Origin: Vicugna vicugna
Lineage: Eukaryota
Direction of reading: 5' to 3'
NCBI GenBank assembly: GCA_013265495.1
Contig: MU058636.1
Location: forward strand, 7,766,295-7,830,294
Length of the DNA: 64,000 nucleotides
The stretch's first letter is position 1. Every line of letters starts with the position of its first letter. Below, one piece after another: positions 50,455 through 62,874 of this stretch. The notes below the pieces were generated by a model. That model worked only from the letters and a program-made list of their open reading frames with translations, did no database searches and was not told the origin of the DNA. The translations under genes and the position numbers were made by a program.

Positions 50455-51660
50455 TAGTCTTTAAAGTCCAGTGGGAACTTTCAAGAAATGGTGCTGAATA
50501 TCCATTTGGAAAAAAAGTGAGCCTTGATACTTTCTTCATACAGTACATGAATATGAATTCAAAACGGATCTTACACCTAAATGTGATAGGTAAAATGATC
50601 AAGCTTGCAGAAGAAAAACACTGGAGAATATGATAATGACTTTGAGGTAGGCAAAGGTTTGTTAAACAGGATATAAAAAGCTAATATCTAAAGAAAAGAA
50701 TTAGGTAAACTGTACTTCATGAAAATGAAAACCCCTTGTTTGTCAAAAGCCACCATCTAGAAAGTAAAAAGGCAAGCTACTGACTCAAACATATGTAACA
50801 TATGTAATAGAGGATGCATATCCAAAATATGAGTATATATTTTTTAAATATCACATACCTATAAGGAAAATGTAAAAGACTTCACTAAAAGTAGGATAAG
50901 TAAGTTTAAACCACAATTTACCACTGCATAATAGGATGGCTAAAATGAAAATGACTGACCACACCCAATGTTGGCAAGGATGTGGAGGAATTGAAATTCT
51001 TGTATGTTGTTCACTGGACTTTAAAATGCTACAATCACTTTGGAAAAGAGCTTGGAGCTTCTTATAAAATTAAATGTACACTTACCAAATGACATCATTG
51101 CAGCAATTCCATTCAGGTATTTACCCAAGAGAATGAAAACATATGTATACACAAAGACATATCAATGCATATGTTCATAATAGTTCTATTCAGCTGTTAT
51201 TGATAATAGCAAAAAATTGGAAATGACCTAAATGTTCATCAACAGATAAAATGATACACAAATTGTGGAACATCTATACAGCAGACAACTGCTCAGCAAT
51301 AAAAAGAAATGAATTACTGATACACTCAACAGCAGAGATGCACCTCAAAAACATTATGATCCATGAAAGAAGCCAGACACAAAAGCATGCATACCATATA
51401 ATTTTATTTATATAAAATTCTAGAGCAAGTAAAACTAACCCATACTGCCAGAAAGGAGATCCGCATTTGGCTGGGGCTGTGGATGTGGGCACTGACTCCA
51501 AGTAGGCATGAGTGGACTTTTGAGGGTGATGGAAATGTTCTGTATCTTGTGTGTTGGCAGTTACATAAGTGTATATATTTGTCAAGCTCATCAAACTCTA
51601 CACCTAAAATGAATGGATTTTATTATATGTAAATTCTATCTCATTAAAGCTGATTTGTTT
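50455..51660 (+). mobile_element. Old LINE-1 (L1ME/MC-like) ORF2 end and 3'UTR
   Basis: TGTTGGCAAGGATGTGGAGGAA, ACCTAAATGTTCATCAACAG, GGGTGATGGAAATGTTCTGTATCTTG. Confidence 0.85.
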
Positions 51661-51669
51661 TCTTATAAA

Positions 51670-51858
51670 TTGGCTAACGACTGAAACAGGCACTCGACAA
51701 AAGAAGATACCCAAATGACCAATAAGCATATGAAAATAAGCTCAATATCCTTATTCATCAAGGAAATGAAAATCAAAACCACAATGAGATGCCACTACCC
51801 ACCCACTAAAATGGCCGAAATTTAAACACCTGACAACTTTTGGCAAGGATATGGAGTG
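51670..51858 (+). mobile_element. Old L1 ORF2-end fragment
   Basis: AAAGAAGATACCCAAATGACCAATAAGCATATGAAAA...AAAACCACAATGAGATGCCACTAC. Confidence 0.85.
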
Positions 51859-51889
51859 AAGTGGAATAGAATACGCCACCTAAAATACA

Positions 51890-52330
51890 CTAACTTTTAG
51901 GGGAAGCCGAGAAGTCTTCACTTCAGTGTGAATGACTGTCTGGAGAGAATTCCTGTAACAGAAAATTGAGGAAAGTCCAGAATTTCCCAGGGACAGAGGG
52001 GAGGGTATAGCTCAAGCAGTAGAGCACATGCTTAGCAAGCACAAGGTTCTGGGTTCAATTCCCAGCACCTCCATCAAAAAACATAAGTAAATAAGTAAAC
52101 CTTATTACTTCCTCCCCTCTAAAAAGATGTTTGAAAAAAACCCCAGAATATCCTGGGACCTTATTCTGCACACAAATTCTGGGCTAGACAGGAACCTGGT
52201 CCCTGAAAAGAAGTTTCTCATCTACTACAGTGGATCTCATCTACTCTCCCCAATGGCTCACAAGGAATTTCTTTACCAACAAAGTGCTTCCCCCGCCCTG
52301 CCCATGTAGTTCCATCTTTAAGCAAATCTG
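51890..52330 (+). repeat. Inverted duplication, left arm (SINE-interrupted)
   Basis: Aligns to the reverse complement of 54253-54524, from CTAACTTT.AG.GGAAGCCGA to CCATCTTTAAGCAAATCTG. Confidence 0.92.
51995..52142 (+). mobile_element. tRNA-Ala-derived camelid SINE (Vic-1 type)
   Basis: GGGAGGGTATAGCTCAAG (A box)...CTTAGCA (AGC anticodon loop)...GGGTTCAATTCCCAG (B box), then an A-rich tail. Imperfect TSD CCAGAAT(T/A)TCC..GGGAC at 51977-51994 and 52143-52159. Confidence 0.88.
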
Positions 52331-52854
52331 TTTCATGAGGGCAAACTTTATTTCATTCCTGTATCAGACATGGCACAATCAGAGTTCAAAGTAGTGCATT
52401 TTATAATATAATTATTCAAGAAAGAAACTCTTAGAATTAAAATTCTCAAGAGTATGGCCTGCTAAAAGAATCGGCCATGAAAAGTGTTTGACAAATACAT
52501 ATTTTTTTTCTTTGAATTGACTAGCAGAGAGTAAATTTTACTTTGTGAATGTCAGTTTTTCCGGAGTAGACTACAGGTTGCTCCTGTAGGTCCTTTACTC
52601 TCTGAAACACTATGGTTGCTTAAATACAAGGAACAAAGAATGCAATGTTTGGGCAAAGAAGTCAAAGAGACCACTTAAGAATTTTGTTTATAACCATAAA
52701 TATCTCCATCTAGGATTTCTTCCTAAAGTCAACTGAATTGTTCTCAGCATAATGAGTTGCTAATAACTCACCACCAACAACATACCCTGAAATACTCATC
52801 ACGTATTCTTTGAGTCCTGGTTCCATTCAGCAGGCATCTTTAAAGAGCTATGTC

Positions 52855-52924
52855 AAATTTAACACAACATTGTAAAATGACTATAACTCAATAAAAAATG
52901 TTACAATAAATAAAAGTAAAAAAA
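52855..52924 (+). mobile_element. Truncated L1 3' tail with TSD
   Basis: ACAACATTGTAAAATGACTATAACTCAATAAAAAATGTT-A-rich; TSD AAAGA(G/T)CTATGTC at 52842-52854 and 52925-52937. Confidence 0.88.
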
Positions 52925-54017
52925 AAAGATCTATGTCTAACTCAGTCCTGTGTAAACTTGGTATAGTACCAATGAGACTGTACCTTTCCTAGGAAGAACA
53001 AAAAAAAAAATCCTGATTTATGAGACCTTCCACTTTCTTTAGGCACAGGTTACACAGTCCACAAAAGAGCCCTAGAACTTAATGAAAAAGTGAAAAGGCT
53101 CTTATAGTATGCTTCCTAACCAGCCAACAATGCTTTGCTCTGCCCCCTTTCCATTTATCTCTTCCAGGATCATTTCTGTTCCCCCTCTTCCACCTGCAAA
53201 ACACACTGGATCTGAGATTCTGCCCTGTCCATGTTTTTGTAGTAAGCATTTATTTATTTTTAGCACTTTGGTTGTGGCAGACCCTTATGTGTTTGGGCTC
53301 CCACTTAAGCTTTCCAGAATAGGACCTATCAACAATTTTGTGAAATGGATTCTATCCTCAAATACACTTTACGGAAGTGAAGGAATATGTCTAGATTGTG
53401 GTTTGATGAGTTGTTTATAATCTAGCTGCAGTGTGCTGTGGGACTGGATCCAGGCACCGCGATATGGATTGCACTGCGTCTGCACTTCTCCCCCTAGAAA
53501 GAAAGCAGGTCTAGAATCAATATTCATGAGCTCCTCTGGTTTTCTTGATCGGCATAAATCTGTTCTCTTCCAATCTGCATTCCTTCCCCAGGCTCTGTTA
53601 GTCTTTAGCAAGACCCGAGATTGAATTCCCAATTATCCATGGTCTTTCTGTAGGTTAAAATTGTTAGTCACATCTGTCAGCTTTCACTTGCAAAATGATC
53701 TTTCACCTCTCTAGAAGAGAAGCCAGTTATTTTGAGGCAAAGTGCCCATCACCTTGAAGAAATTATTTTAAACCTATTAACACATTGATCACCCACTCTG
53801 GATCAGGTGCCCCTAAGGAAACACAAGTGTCATTCAGATTTGGGTGCCATGGTGATCAGTGTGTTAAGGAAATCAAATAAGGCAAGAATGTTGTAGGAAC
53901 ATTAAGTGAAATAAGATTGTTTTAATCTAACTTTAGTCACTGCTGGGGACTTTTGGAGTCCAAATATTACTTCAGAATATCTCCACTTGAATTAGAGATA
54001 GATCTTTTCCTTCCTTT

Positions 54018-54051
54018 AAAAAAATAAAAATAAAATAAAATAAAATAAAAT
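54018..54051. repeat. (AAAAT)n simple repeat
   Basis: Visible array. Confidence 0.9.
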
Positions 54052-54252
54052 GTTATTGTATGTTCTTGTGTACTGTGTGTTTCTTTAGTAAAAAGGAGTC
54101 TCATCTGAACAAGTCAAGAGTTTGAACTTTGCTGCCATCACTAGTGGTATCTTTACTTTTATTTCGGGAGAAGACACCTAAGTATTTAGAGGTCCCAATG
54201 GATTTTTAAAAATTGATTTATATAATATGCATATGGTAAAGTATGCAAAGTG

Positions 54253-54524
54253 CAGATTTGCTTAAAGATGGAAATATATGGCAGGAGGGAAGCATTTTGT
54301 TAGCAAAGAAATTACTCGTAAGTCATTCGGGAGAGCAAATGAGAGCCACCGAAAATTCTTATTTGGGACCAGGTTCCTCTCTAGCCCAGAATCTGAGTGT
54401 AGGATAAGGTCCTTGGGAGGAACCCACGGGATATTCTGGACTCTCCTCACTTTCTGTACAGGAACCCCCTCCGGACAGTCATTCACACCGAAGCGAAAAC
54501 TTGTCGGCTTCCTCTGAAAGTTAG
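54253..54524 (-). repeat. Inverted duplication, right arm (CpG-retaining)
   Basis: Reverse complement aligns to 51890-52330 once the SINE is removed. Confidence 0.92.
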
Positions 54525-54639
54525 CCCATTTCTCCATTGAACACAGCTAGTAGTGAGGCTGTCCTTTTTAAAAATAAGCTGAAATCTGCTTGCCTGCTGT
54601 ATTCTCTCATTTCTTCCTCCCAGTTCAGCAACAGTGGAA

Positions 54640-56350
54640 CAACAGTGAGCAAATCTGGTCTTTTTCATACATGATTACCTCTCAGATACTAATCTGAAGG
54701 CAGCTAATGTGTCTCCCCTTGAAACCTCCACAGGCCAAAGTCCCCTGGTTCTTTGAACTGTCTCTTAAAGAACACTTCTCCCCTTCTTGGCCATCTTGTC
54801 CTGGAGGCTTTCAATTGGTCAGTTATCCATCTTAAATTGGGGTGCCCCAAACTGAACACAGTACTCTAGCTATAGTCAGACCAGTATTATTTTCTGTCAT
54901 TTGCACACCACTATCTTATTAAAGCAATTTATTTTTAATTAAAAAATTTCTAATTGGAATTTTAAAATTTTAGCAGCTACGTCAAATTGTTGGCTTCTGC
55001 TATGGATAAGCCAAATCCTCGTAACTTTTTCACATAAATTAGTATCAAACCCTATTTACCCATTCTGTACTTAGTTGAGTTTTTAAAGGTAAGTACAGAA
55101 GAGAACATTTGGGCTTGCTTATCATTCCAACCTGTCAAGACTATTTTGAATCTTGATTTTATCATCAATCATATTCACTGCCTTTTCCAGCTTCCTGTCA
55201 CCTCCAAACTTGATAAGCACGTCTCCTATATCTTCATCAAATCACAGAAAAAAAAATGTTCAAGAGGACAGAGCTCTGTAGCTTGCTTCTAGAGATTTCC
55301 CTCCAAATGCATGAGCTTTTCCATCAAATATTTTGGAATACCTACTATATACCAGAAATCATGTCAAGATATAACAAAACTAACTTAAATATATATATAA
55401 GATATGATCTCTGATAAAAAAAAACAAGGTGTAGTCTTGGACTTTAGAGAATTTTTTTCATCTAATATTTTGTACAGTGCTATTGATATTTTTAGGGTGA
55501 GAATTTTAAAGCAACAATTATTCAATGAAACTTTGATGTTTTCCCATTACATCATACACAAGAATACCGTGAGAGACTTGATCAAGCACCTAACTAATCT
55601 AGGATATGCTAGGTCTCTGGGAGATCTCTATATCTAGAAGGTCACCAAAGGAGAAAGTAAGTTTGACAAACCTTATCCTAGTAAAACTGCATGGACCCTT
55701 AATGACCATCACAATCTTTGTAAAATTGGGCAACAAATGGTCCAGGATTTAAATCCTAGTTCAAGCACTGACCAGCTGTGTAACCTTGAACAAGTACCGA
55801 TTTCTCTGACTCTGAGTTTCTTTATCTGCATTGTGGTAAGAAGAATGAGTACATCACACAATTGTTATGGGAATGGAAATTATTTGAATCTGGAAATTAT
55901 CATTACAGATTAGTTTCCTTACTCCTAGAAGTTCATTCCCTATTTGACAATCTCTTCAAGAATTTTTCCAGACCTCAATCTTGTCAGTCTATATTCTGAA
56001 TTCAACTACTATATCTTTTGCCAAGTAGGATAACATTTCTCTCTCTCCAGTGTTCTGGGCCTTCCTCATTCTCCATGATTTTGTGATGAGCTCTTAGATG
56101 GCAGAGAACACATGTATGGTTCCTGTTGGGTCCTAGGATGTTCTTTGTCTGGCTCTAGAAATGGGAATGCTTCTTTTAAGTGACTTAGTCCCTTTCTCTG
56201 GCTCCTCAGTTCTGTTGGGCCACAATTTCTTTATTACATGGGGTTTTTTTTTTCACTTTTTTATTTGAATTCCACTCTCCTCCCTGAAAACCATGAAACT
56301 GAAAACAGGAGCTAAGAGGTTCTGCCTTCCTTCTGAGATAGACTAACTCA
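54640..56350 (-). mobile_element. CR1/L3 LINE fragments (with a MIR insert at ~55740-55870)
   Basis: GTGCCCCAAACTGAACACAGTACTCTAG and TTCCAGCTTCCTGTCACCTCCAAACTTGAT (antisense of a decayed KFADDTKL region) match CR1/L3 RT; boundaries approximate. Confidence 0.7.
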
Positions 56351-56749
56351 GATTAGCCATGTGAACTCTAAAAGCTTATGGATCCGTTAGGCTTGCTAAC
56401 TCCAAAAGTTAATGAATCTGTACTTCTGGATTTGACTTCCAGCTGCTTGTCAGGGAGTAAAGTCTCACAATTGGTGCCACTCAATGCCTTTCAAAAGTTT
56501 GGTTGAGAGAAATAATACTTGCAGTGGATTGCCTGAATGGTATGCAATTCCCTCCATTTCTCTAATATTCTAGTACTTCCATCTTCCTGCCCATCTCCCA
56601 AATTTTGTTTGTATACTCTTATCAATATTGTTCAGTTTGATCATATTTACATTCTATTCAGAAAATATAATTCCCATAGTGGTTTAGTAATCATTCAACA
56701 ATTAGACAAATTAGGTGCTCATTAATGGCCCCTTCCTGTCAGGGTCTCT

Positions 56750-57350
56750 CTATTCTAGAGTTCTTCATTTTGAGTATTTTAACTATCTGGATTCCTTGTC
56801 AACTTGTTTTTCCAAGAAAAGTCCCCATGTAGTACTAAATCCTGAGCTGCTTCTCTCCTGAGAAGGCCTGCCTGTTTTTGTCATACTGGATGGACATCTG
56901 CACTTGGTATGATAGTCTTTGGTCATGTCACTTTTCACATGTCTTGATATAAACTGTTACACTGTCTTCACCATGGAAATGTCTAAGGCCAGCTTGATTT
57001 CTGTCTTCTTATAGGGTAGTTTCCCTTCCTTCCTTCCTTCCTTCCTTCCTTCCTTCCTTCCTTCCTTTCCTTCCTTCCTCTCTCTTTCTTTCTTTCTAGA
57101 TGCATAAAGAATTCATTCTTTTTCCTCAGAGTTTAGCTGTTTAGCTCTGATGTGTGTCATTGTTGAACATTCTGTATCAAAATTTTCCAGAATCTAGTTA
57201 AGCTTTCAACCTGTAATTTTTTCATTTGGGGGAGTTCTCTTGTATTTCATCTTTGAATACATCTTTTGTTCTATTTTCCATTTTCTCTACTTCAAAGTTA
57301 TCAAATATCTTTATGTAGGACCTTCTTGCTTGTATTCTATATCAGCTTCT
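56750..57350 (-). mobile_element. Probable very old L1 fragment
   Basis: T-rich antisense L1-like composition and motifs; weak. Confidence 0.45.
57023..57097. repeat. (TTCC)n/(TTTC)n polypyrimidine microsatellite
   Basis: Visible array. Confidence 0.95.
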
Positions 57351-57356
57351 TTCTAT

Positions 57357-58232
57357 TCCAGTGAACACAAAATAAGAAAATGAAACAGATTTGTTGCTGA
57401 TATGGAAAAAGTTTTAGTGGTCTGGATAGAAGATCAAACCAGTCACAATTTTCCCTTAAACCAAAGCCTAATCCAGACCAAGACCCCAGCTCTACTCAGT
57501 TTTATGAAGGTTGAGAGAGGCAAGGAAGCTGAAGAAGAAAAGTTTGAAGCTAGAAGAGGTTGGTTCATGAGGTGTAAAAAGAAGTCATCTCCATAACATA
57601 AAAGTGCTGATGTAGAGGCTGCAGCAAGTTATGCAGAAGATTCAGGTAAGATAATTAGTGAAGGTGGCTACACTAAACAACATATTTTCAATGTAGATAG
57701 AACAGCCTATATTGGAAGAGGATACCATCTGGGACTTCCATAGTTAAAGAGGTGATATCAATACCTGACTTTTACATTTCAAAAGACAGGCCGACTCTCT
57801 TGTTAGGTGCCAATGCAACTGGTGAGTTGAAGTCAGTACTCATTTACCATTCTGAAAATCCCAAGGTCCTTAAGAATTATGCCACATCTACTCTGCCTGT
57901 GCTCTATAAATGGAACAACAAAGCCTGGATGATAGTACATCTGTTTACAACATAATTTACTGGGTATTTAAAGACTCCTGTTGAGACCTAAAGCTCAGAA
58001 GAAAATTCCTTTCAAAATATTACCTCGCATTGACAGTGCATGCTTCTGGTCACCCAAGAGCTCTGATGGAGATGGACAATGAGATTAGTTGTTTTCATGC
58101 CTATTAACAAAACCTTCATTGTACAGTCCATGGATTGAGGAGTAATTTCAACTTTCAAGTTTTATTTAAGAAATACACTCACAAGGCTATAGCTGCCATG
58201 GATAGTGATTCCTATGATGGATTTGGGTAAAG
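57357..58232 (+). mobile_element. Tigger1 (TcMar-pogo) internal transposase fragment, decayed
   Basis: Peptides MEKVLVVWIEDQTSHNFPLNQSLIQ..EEKFEARRGWFMR and SKDRPTLLLGANATG..LIYHSENP..LKNYA.STLPVLYKWNNKAWM match Tigger1 transposase; no TIRs seen. Confidence 0.93.
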
Positions 58233-58249
58233 AATTTCAATCCAATAGT

Positions 58250-59830
58250 CTAAAAATATTCCAGAAAGCCCTTATACATCTTCTGGTAGATGCATTTCTG
58301 TTACTTTTTTTTCTTGCTATTGGCAATAGGATTTTTTTTTTCTTGCTATGTATTCTAATTGTTTGCTAAGAGTGTTATTGGTTTTGTTTCCTTAATCTTA
58401 TAGCCACCAACCTTCTGAACTACCTTGTTCGTTTTAATAACTGGTTCAGAAATGGAGAGCTTTTCGATTTTATTCTTATTTTCTGAAAGTGTTTTATGAA
58501 AAGGAATAATCATTTTCTTGCAGGCTAAATAAAATTCACCCATAAAATTATGTGATATGAGTGTAATTTTATTGGGGAAATTTTAAAAATCAAAGTTTTA
58601 TATTTATTCATATCTTCTACTTCTTGAATCAATTTTGACAGTTTACATTTTCTAGGTGCTTTTCATCTTATTTAAATTTACAGACTGGGATTAATTTGTT
58701 TAGAATAGTTTCATAATTTTAAGTCTCTACTGTCTCTGTAACTCTGTCAGTTTATTGTTCTAAATTGTTTGACTTTTCTCTATTTTATATATCAGTCTTG
58801 ACAGAACTTTGACTATTTTATGTCTTTTCAAAGAACTAGCTTTTATTATGTTAACTATCTTACTTTTCTTATTTTTGAATAAACACATTTTGCTTTTGAT
58901 TTTCTAATTATTTTATTATAATTTTTAGCTTAACTCTTAATTTCCTCTAATTTCTTGAGTTGAACACATAGATTTTTTATTTTCAAGGCTTTCTATTGTC
59001 TAATAAAGAAATAAATATAAATATAAATTTCCATTTAAAGACTGCTTTATCTGCATCCCATGAATCATTAATATGCATTTTTGTTATTGTTCACTTCTAA
59101 ATATTTCATCTTTAATCCATGAATTAATTATTGGAGTCCTGAACATTCTCTTTAAAGCTGATATCTAATTTTATTGTACTGTTATCAGAGAATGTGGTCT
59201 GAATGATATTGGGTGTTTGCAGGTTGTTGAATTGTCCTTGGGGCAGAGCTCTTGCCAATTTTTATAAATGTTTCAAGTCTTCTTGAGAAGAATGTGTATC
59301 TATTTCTTAGATATGGAGTTCTATATCTCTATTACATCAAGAAACTTAACAGTGGCATTCAAATCTAATATATTTGGGCCATATTTTTATCTACTTAACC
59401 TTTTATTTTCCAAGGAAGACATGTTAAAATATTCTACAGTTATTACTGATTTATACATTTCTCTTTGTGATTTCCTCAGTAAACACTGAGTTTAGCTGCT
59501 CACTTTACTTCTTTTGTGGCTAAGTTATTTAGGATTATAGAGTTCTCTTGGTGGGTTCTCTTGGTGGGTTAGTCTTTTTATTAATATAAAATGTCTCCCT
59601 TTTCCCTATTAATGCAATTTGCTTTGAGTTCTTTTTGGATACGTATGAATTTCTCTACACCAGATTTCTTTGGTTAGTATTTCCCTGTTACTTCTTTTTC
59701 ATCCTTTTATTTTCAATATTTTCTTTAGCATCATTTTGCTTCATAAAGCTGCATTTTAAATTTATTGATTTCAGAGTTTTTTACCTTTAATAAGTGAGCT
59801 TAACCCATTGCATTAATTTTGATTACTGAA
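58250..59830 (-). mobile_element. Very old L1 (L1ME-like) ORF2 fragments
   Basis: Antisense motifs ACTGCTTTATCTGCATCCCA, TCAGAGAATGTGGTCTG, CTTGAGAAGAATGTGTAT. Confidence 0.75.
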
Positions 59831-60329
59831 ATGGACTCATTTCTCATTTCTACCTTACTTTTGTAATGACCAGGGAAATTTTACTTGGAATATTACAACT
59901 CCTTCCTACAATAAAGGTTTTGTTACAGAATGTGTTTAGTGCACACATAGAGCAATTCTCATGTGAACTTCTTTTGAACTTTATAGTGGACAAGGTAAAC
60001 CTGGTCTTAATGACTTTCCATATACTACATATTCTTTTAACAAGAATAAAGAGAAAAATCTTAATTTTCTTGCTTCATGCTCACCTAAAAATAAAAAAAA
60101 AGATTTTCTTGCTCCCTTAAAATCTAGATATTATGGTTTCAATACCTTTATAATTGAGTTTCATGGCTTACATTTTAAGCACATAGCAGAACAAAAATCT
60201 TACGATCTGTAAAGGATCTACAGAGTAATCCTTCTTTGTTCTACTGAGTATTACTGGATTTATGTCTATTTATGAATTCCCAGGTACAAAATGAGATTCT
60301 AAAAATGGTTTGGAGGCTTTTATGTCTTA

Positions 60330-62330
60330 TCTTTTTAATGTCTGTAGACTCTGAAGTGATAATTTGTCTTTCATTTCTGGTATTGACGATTAGTGTTCTC
60401 TCTTTACCCTTGATTTGTTCAGCTAAGGGTTTGTTGAAATTAATCTCAAAGAACTAGTATTTGACTTTGTTAATTTTCTTTATTGCCCATTTTCTACTTT
60501 TAAAAAAAGTTTTCCTCCTATTTTTATTATTTCCTTCTTTTTGTTTATTTTTAACTTAATTTATTCTTCTCTAAAACTTCTTAAGATGGAATCTTAGTTG
60601 ACTGATTTTATATTTTTCTTTTTTTTAAAAAAATATAGTCTCTTAAAACTGTGCTTTCCTCTACTCACTGCTTTAGCTGCATTTCACAGATTTTGATAGG
60701 TTGCATTATCATTATCATTGAATTAAAAATATTTTCTAATTTCTCTTGTATTTCTTCTTCGATCAATTAATAATTTAATAATAATAAGGGTGCTGTTTAA
60801 TTTCCAGATATTTGTGATTTCCTTTGAAATAAGGTTATTCTAATGAGTTATTTCTGATTTGTTTCAGACAATATACTTTTATGATTTCAATTCCTTTAAA
60901 CTTATTGAGACTTGTTTTATGGCCCACCACATAGCCATTCTTGAAGAATGTACTAAGCATTTGAAGAGAAGTGCATTTTGCAGTTCAACAAGTGGTGCTC
61001 TGTAAGTTTTAATTAGAGTATGGGGGTTTCTAGCGTTGTTTAAAATTATCTATGTCTACTAATTTTTTAAAGTCTAGATGTATTAATTGCTAAGAAAGGA
61101 GTCCTAAATAGAATACTATGTGGAATTGTCTATTTTTCCCTTTATTCTGGCCATTTTGGCTTCATGTATTGTGAGGCTCTATTGTTAGGCTCATTTATCC
61201 CTTTTCTCACAATAAAATATCTTCTTTAACTCTGCTGATATTCTTTGTCTGAAAGTTTATTTTATCCGATACGAATATAGCCACTCTATGCTTCTTATCC
61301 TTACTATGTACATGGTATATCTTTTCCCATCCATCTGTTTTTTCAACCTGTGTCTTTCTAATTGAAGTACTTCTCTAATGAGCAGCATATATTATGGTCT
61401 TGTTCCTGTCCATGTTGATAATCTCTGCCTTTTAACTATAATGTTTTAAATCACTAGAATTTAATGTAATTATTAATATGGTTGGATTTAGTTCTCCCAC
61501 TTTATTATTGGTTTTCTGTTTGTCCCTTCTGTTTTTTTTGTTCCTCTAGTCCCCTTTCCCTGCCTTTTTTTGGATTAAGTAAATAGTTTTTTTAGTATTT
61601 CTACAATGTACTAAATGTATTCCCCAAATATTCATATGTTGAAGTCTTAATCCCCAGTGTATGATATTTGGGGATGAGGCCTTTGGGAGGTAATTAGGTC
61701 ATGAGGGTGGAGCCCTCATGAAGGAATTAGTGCCTTTAAAAGAAGAAACACTAAAGAGGTGATCTCTCTTTTGGCCAATACAGCTGTTTGCAAACCAGGA
61801 AGAGGGCTCTCACCAGACCCAAATATGCTAACACCTTGATCTTAGACTTCCCAGCCTCCAGAATTGTAAGAAAGAAATATTTCTTGTTTGAATCACTCAG
61901 TCCACAGTATTTTTGTTATAGTGGCTTAGAGTAAGACAATACTATAATTTATCTATTGGATGTTTAACTATATCTCTTTGACTCTTTTATTCATTTACTT
62001 CTATTATTCTTTCTAGGGATTATAATATATGTGTCTGACTTTTCATAGTCTGCTAAGAGTTAACATGGTTCCATCCCCCATAATATTCAGAAATTCCACA
62101 CCTATATAGGGACCTTTAACCCCCCCATCCCCAGATGTCTTTTATGAGTCAACTGTCATACGCGTTACATATACATATAGTAAATGTCCCACAAGACAGT
62201 GTTATAATTTTTGTTGTAAACAGTACTTTTTAGAGAATTTAAGAAAAAATAGTCATTTGTATTTACTCAAGTATTTGTAATTTCTCATGTTCTTCATTCA
62301 TTTTTAAAAATCCAGATTTATTTCTGGTAA
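60330..62330 (-). mobile_element. Old L1 ORF2/EN region, interrupted by an MLT1 LTR
   Basis: CACTGCTTTAGCTGCAT, TTATTGAGACTTGTTTTATGGCCC, TTTTGGCTTCATGTATTGTGAGGCTCT. Confidence 0.8.
61607..61938 (+). mobile_element. MaLR LTR (MLT1A-like)
   Basis: TTCATATGTTGAAGTCTTAATCCCCAG...GGAGCCCTCATG...ACCTTGATCTTAGACTTCCCAGCCTCCAGAA...TAAGACA. Confidence 0.9.
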
Positions 62331-62816
62331 ATAAACAGTGTCCATTTTTCTGCACACTTGTGACCTGTGAATTGTTCACAGCAAGGCTGATTGCCTCTCT
62401 GCACCCGCTGGCGGGGTTACAGGCAGCGGCAGCCACGAGGACACAGTAGTGGAGAGAGACCTGGGGGTCCTCCTATTTGTGGCTTGGGAATTGTAAAGCC
62501 CAGAAGTCAAACTCTGATCATGTGGGTTTGATAATTTTCTTTCATTTCATGATGCAGTGTTACTTCTACTTAGTATGGCTGATTTAAAAAAATCATTGTT
62601 TTAAAGTTGGACTCTGTATTAATTTTTATGTTCTGAACTAAGAAAAAAAAACTCAGGCCCCTCATATGTTCCAGTTTTCTTACCCTGAAGCCTGTCATTA
62701 TTCTATTATTATGAGTGTTTGCAGAGGAGAGGAGGAAAAATATATGTCATAGGTATCTCACATTTTTCCTTATAAACCTTAATTAGAAAGGTTTCATGGT
62801 AATACTTGCAGCTTAC

Positions 62817-62874
62817 CTAATCCATTTCTTCCTCGCAAAGCTTTTAAACTTTGCACAGCCAGAATGGCTTTTAT
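62817..62874 (-). other. Candidate 58-nt internal exon of an unidentified minus-strand transcript
   Basis: Acceptor catttttattttgatttcatttgtgcaccAG; donor TAG|GTAAGC. Confidence 0.3.

Noticed and set aside
51998..52073. tRNA-Ala(AGC) gene
   Set aside because: Mismatched stems, an A-rich tail and a TSD indicate a SINE copy.
59542..59570. Short tandem duplications (also ~296-322 and ~25869-25894)
   Set aside because: Ordinary slippage duplications of 11-14 bp.
62398..62415. CTCF site (also considered at ~24756-24782)
   Set aside because: Several mismatches at core positions; cannot be supported without PWM scoring.
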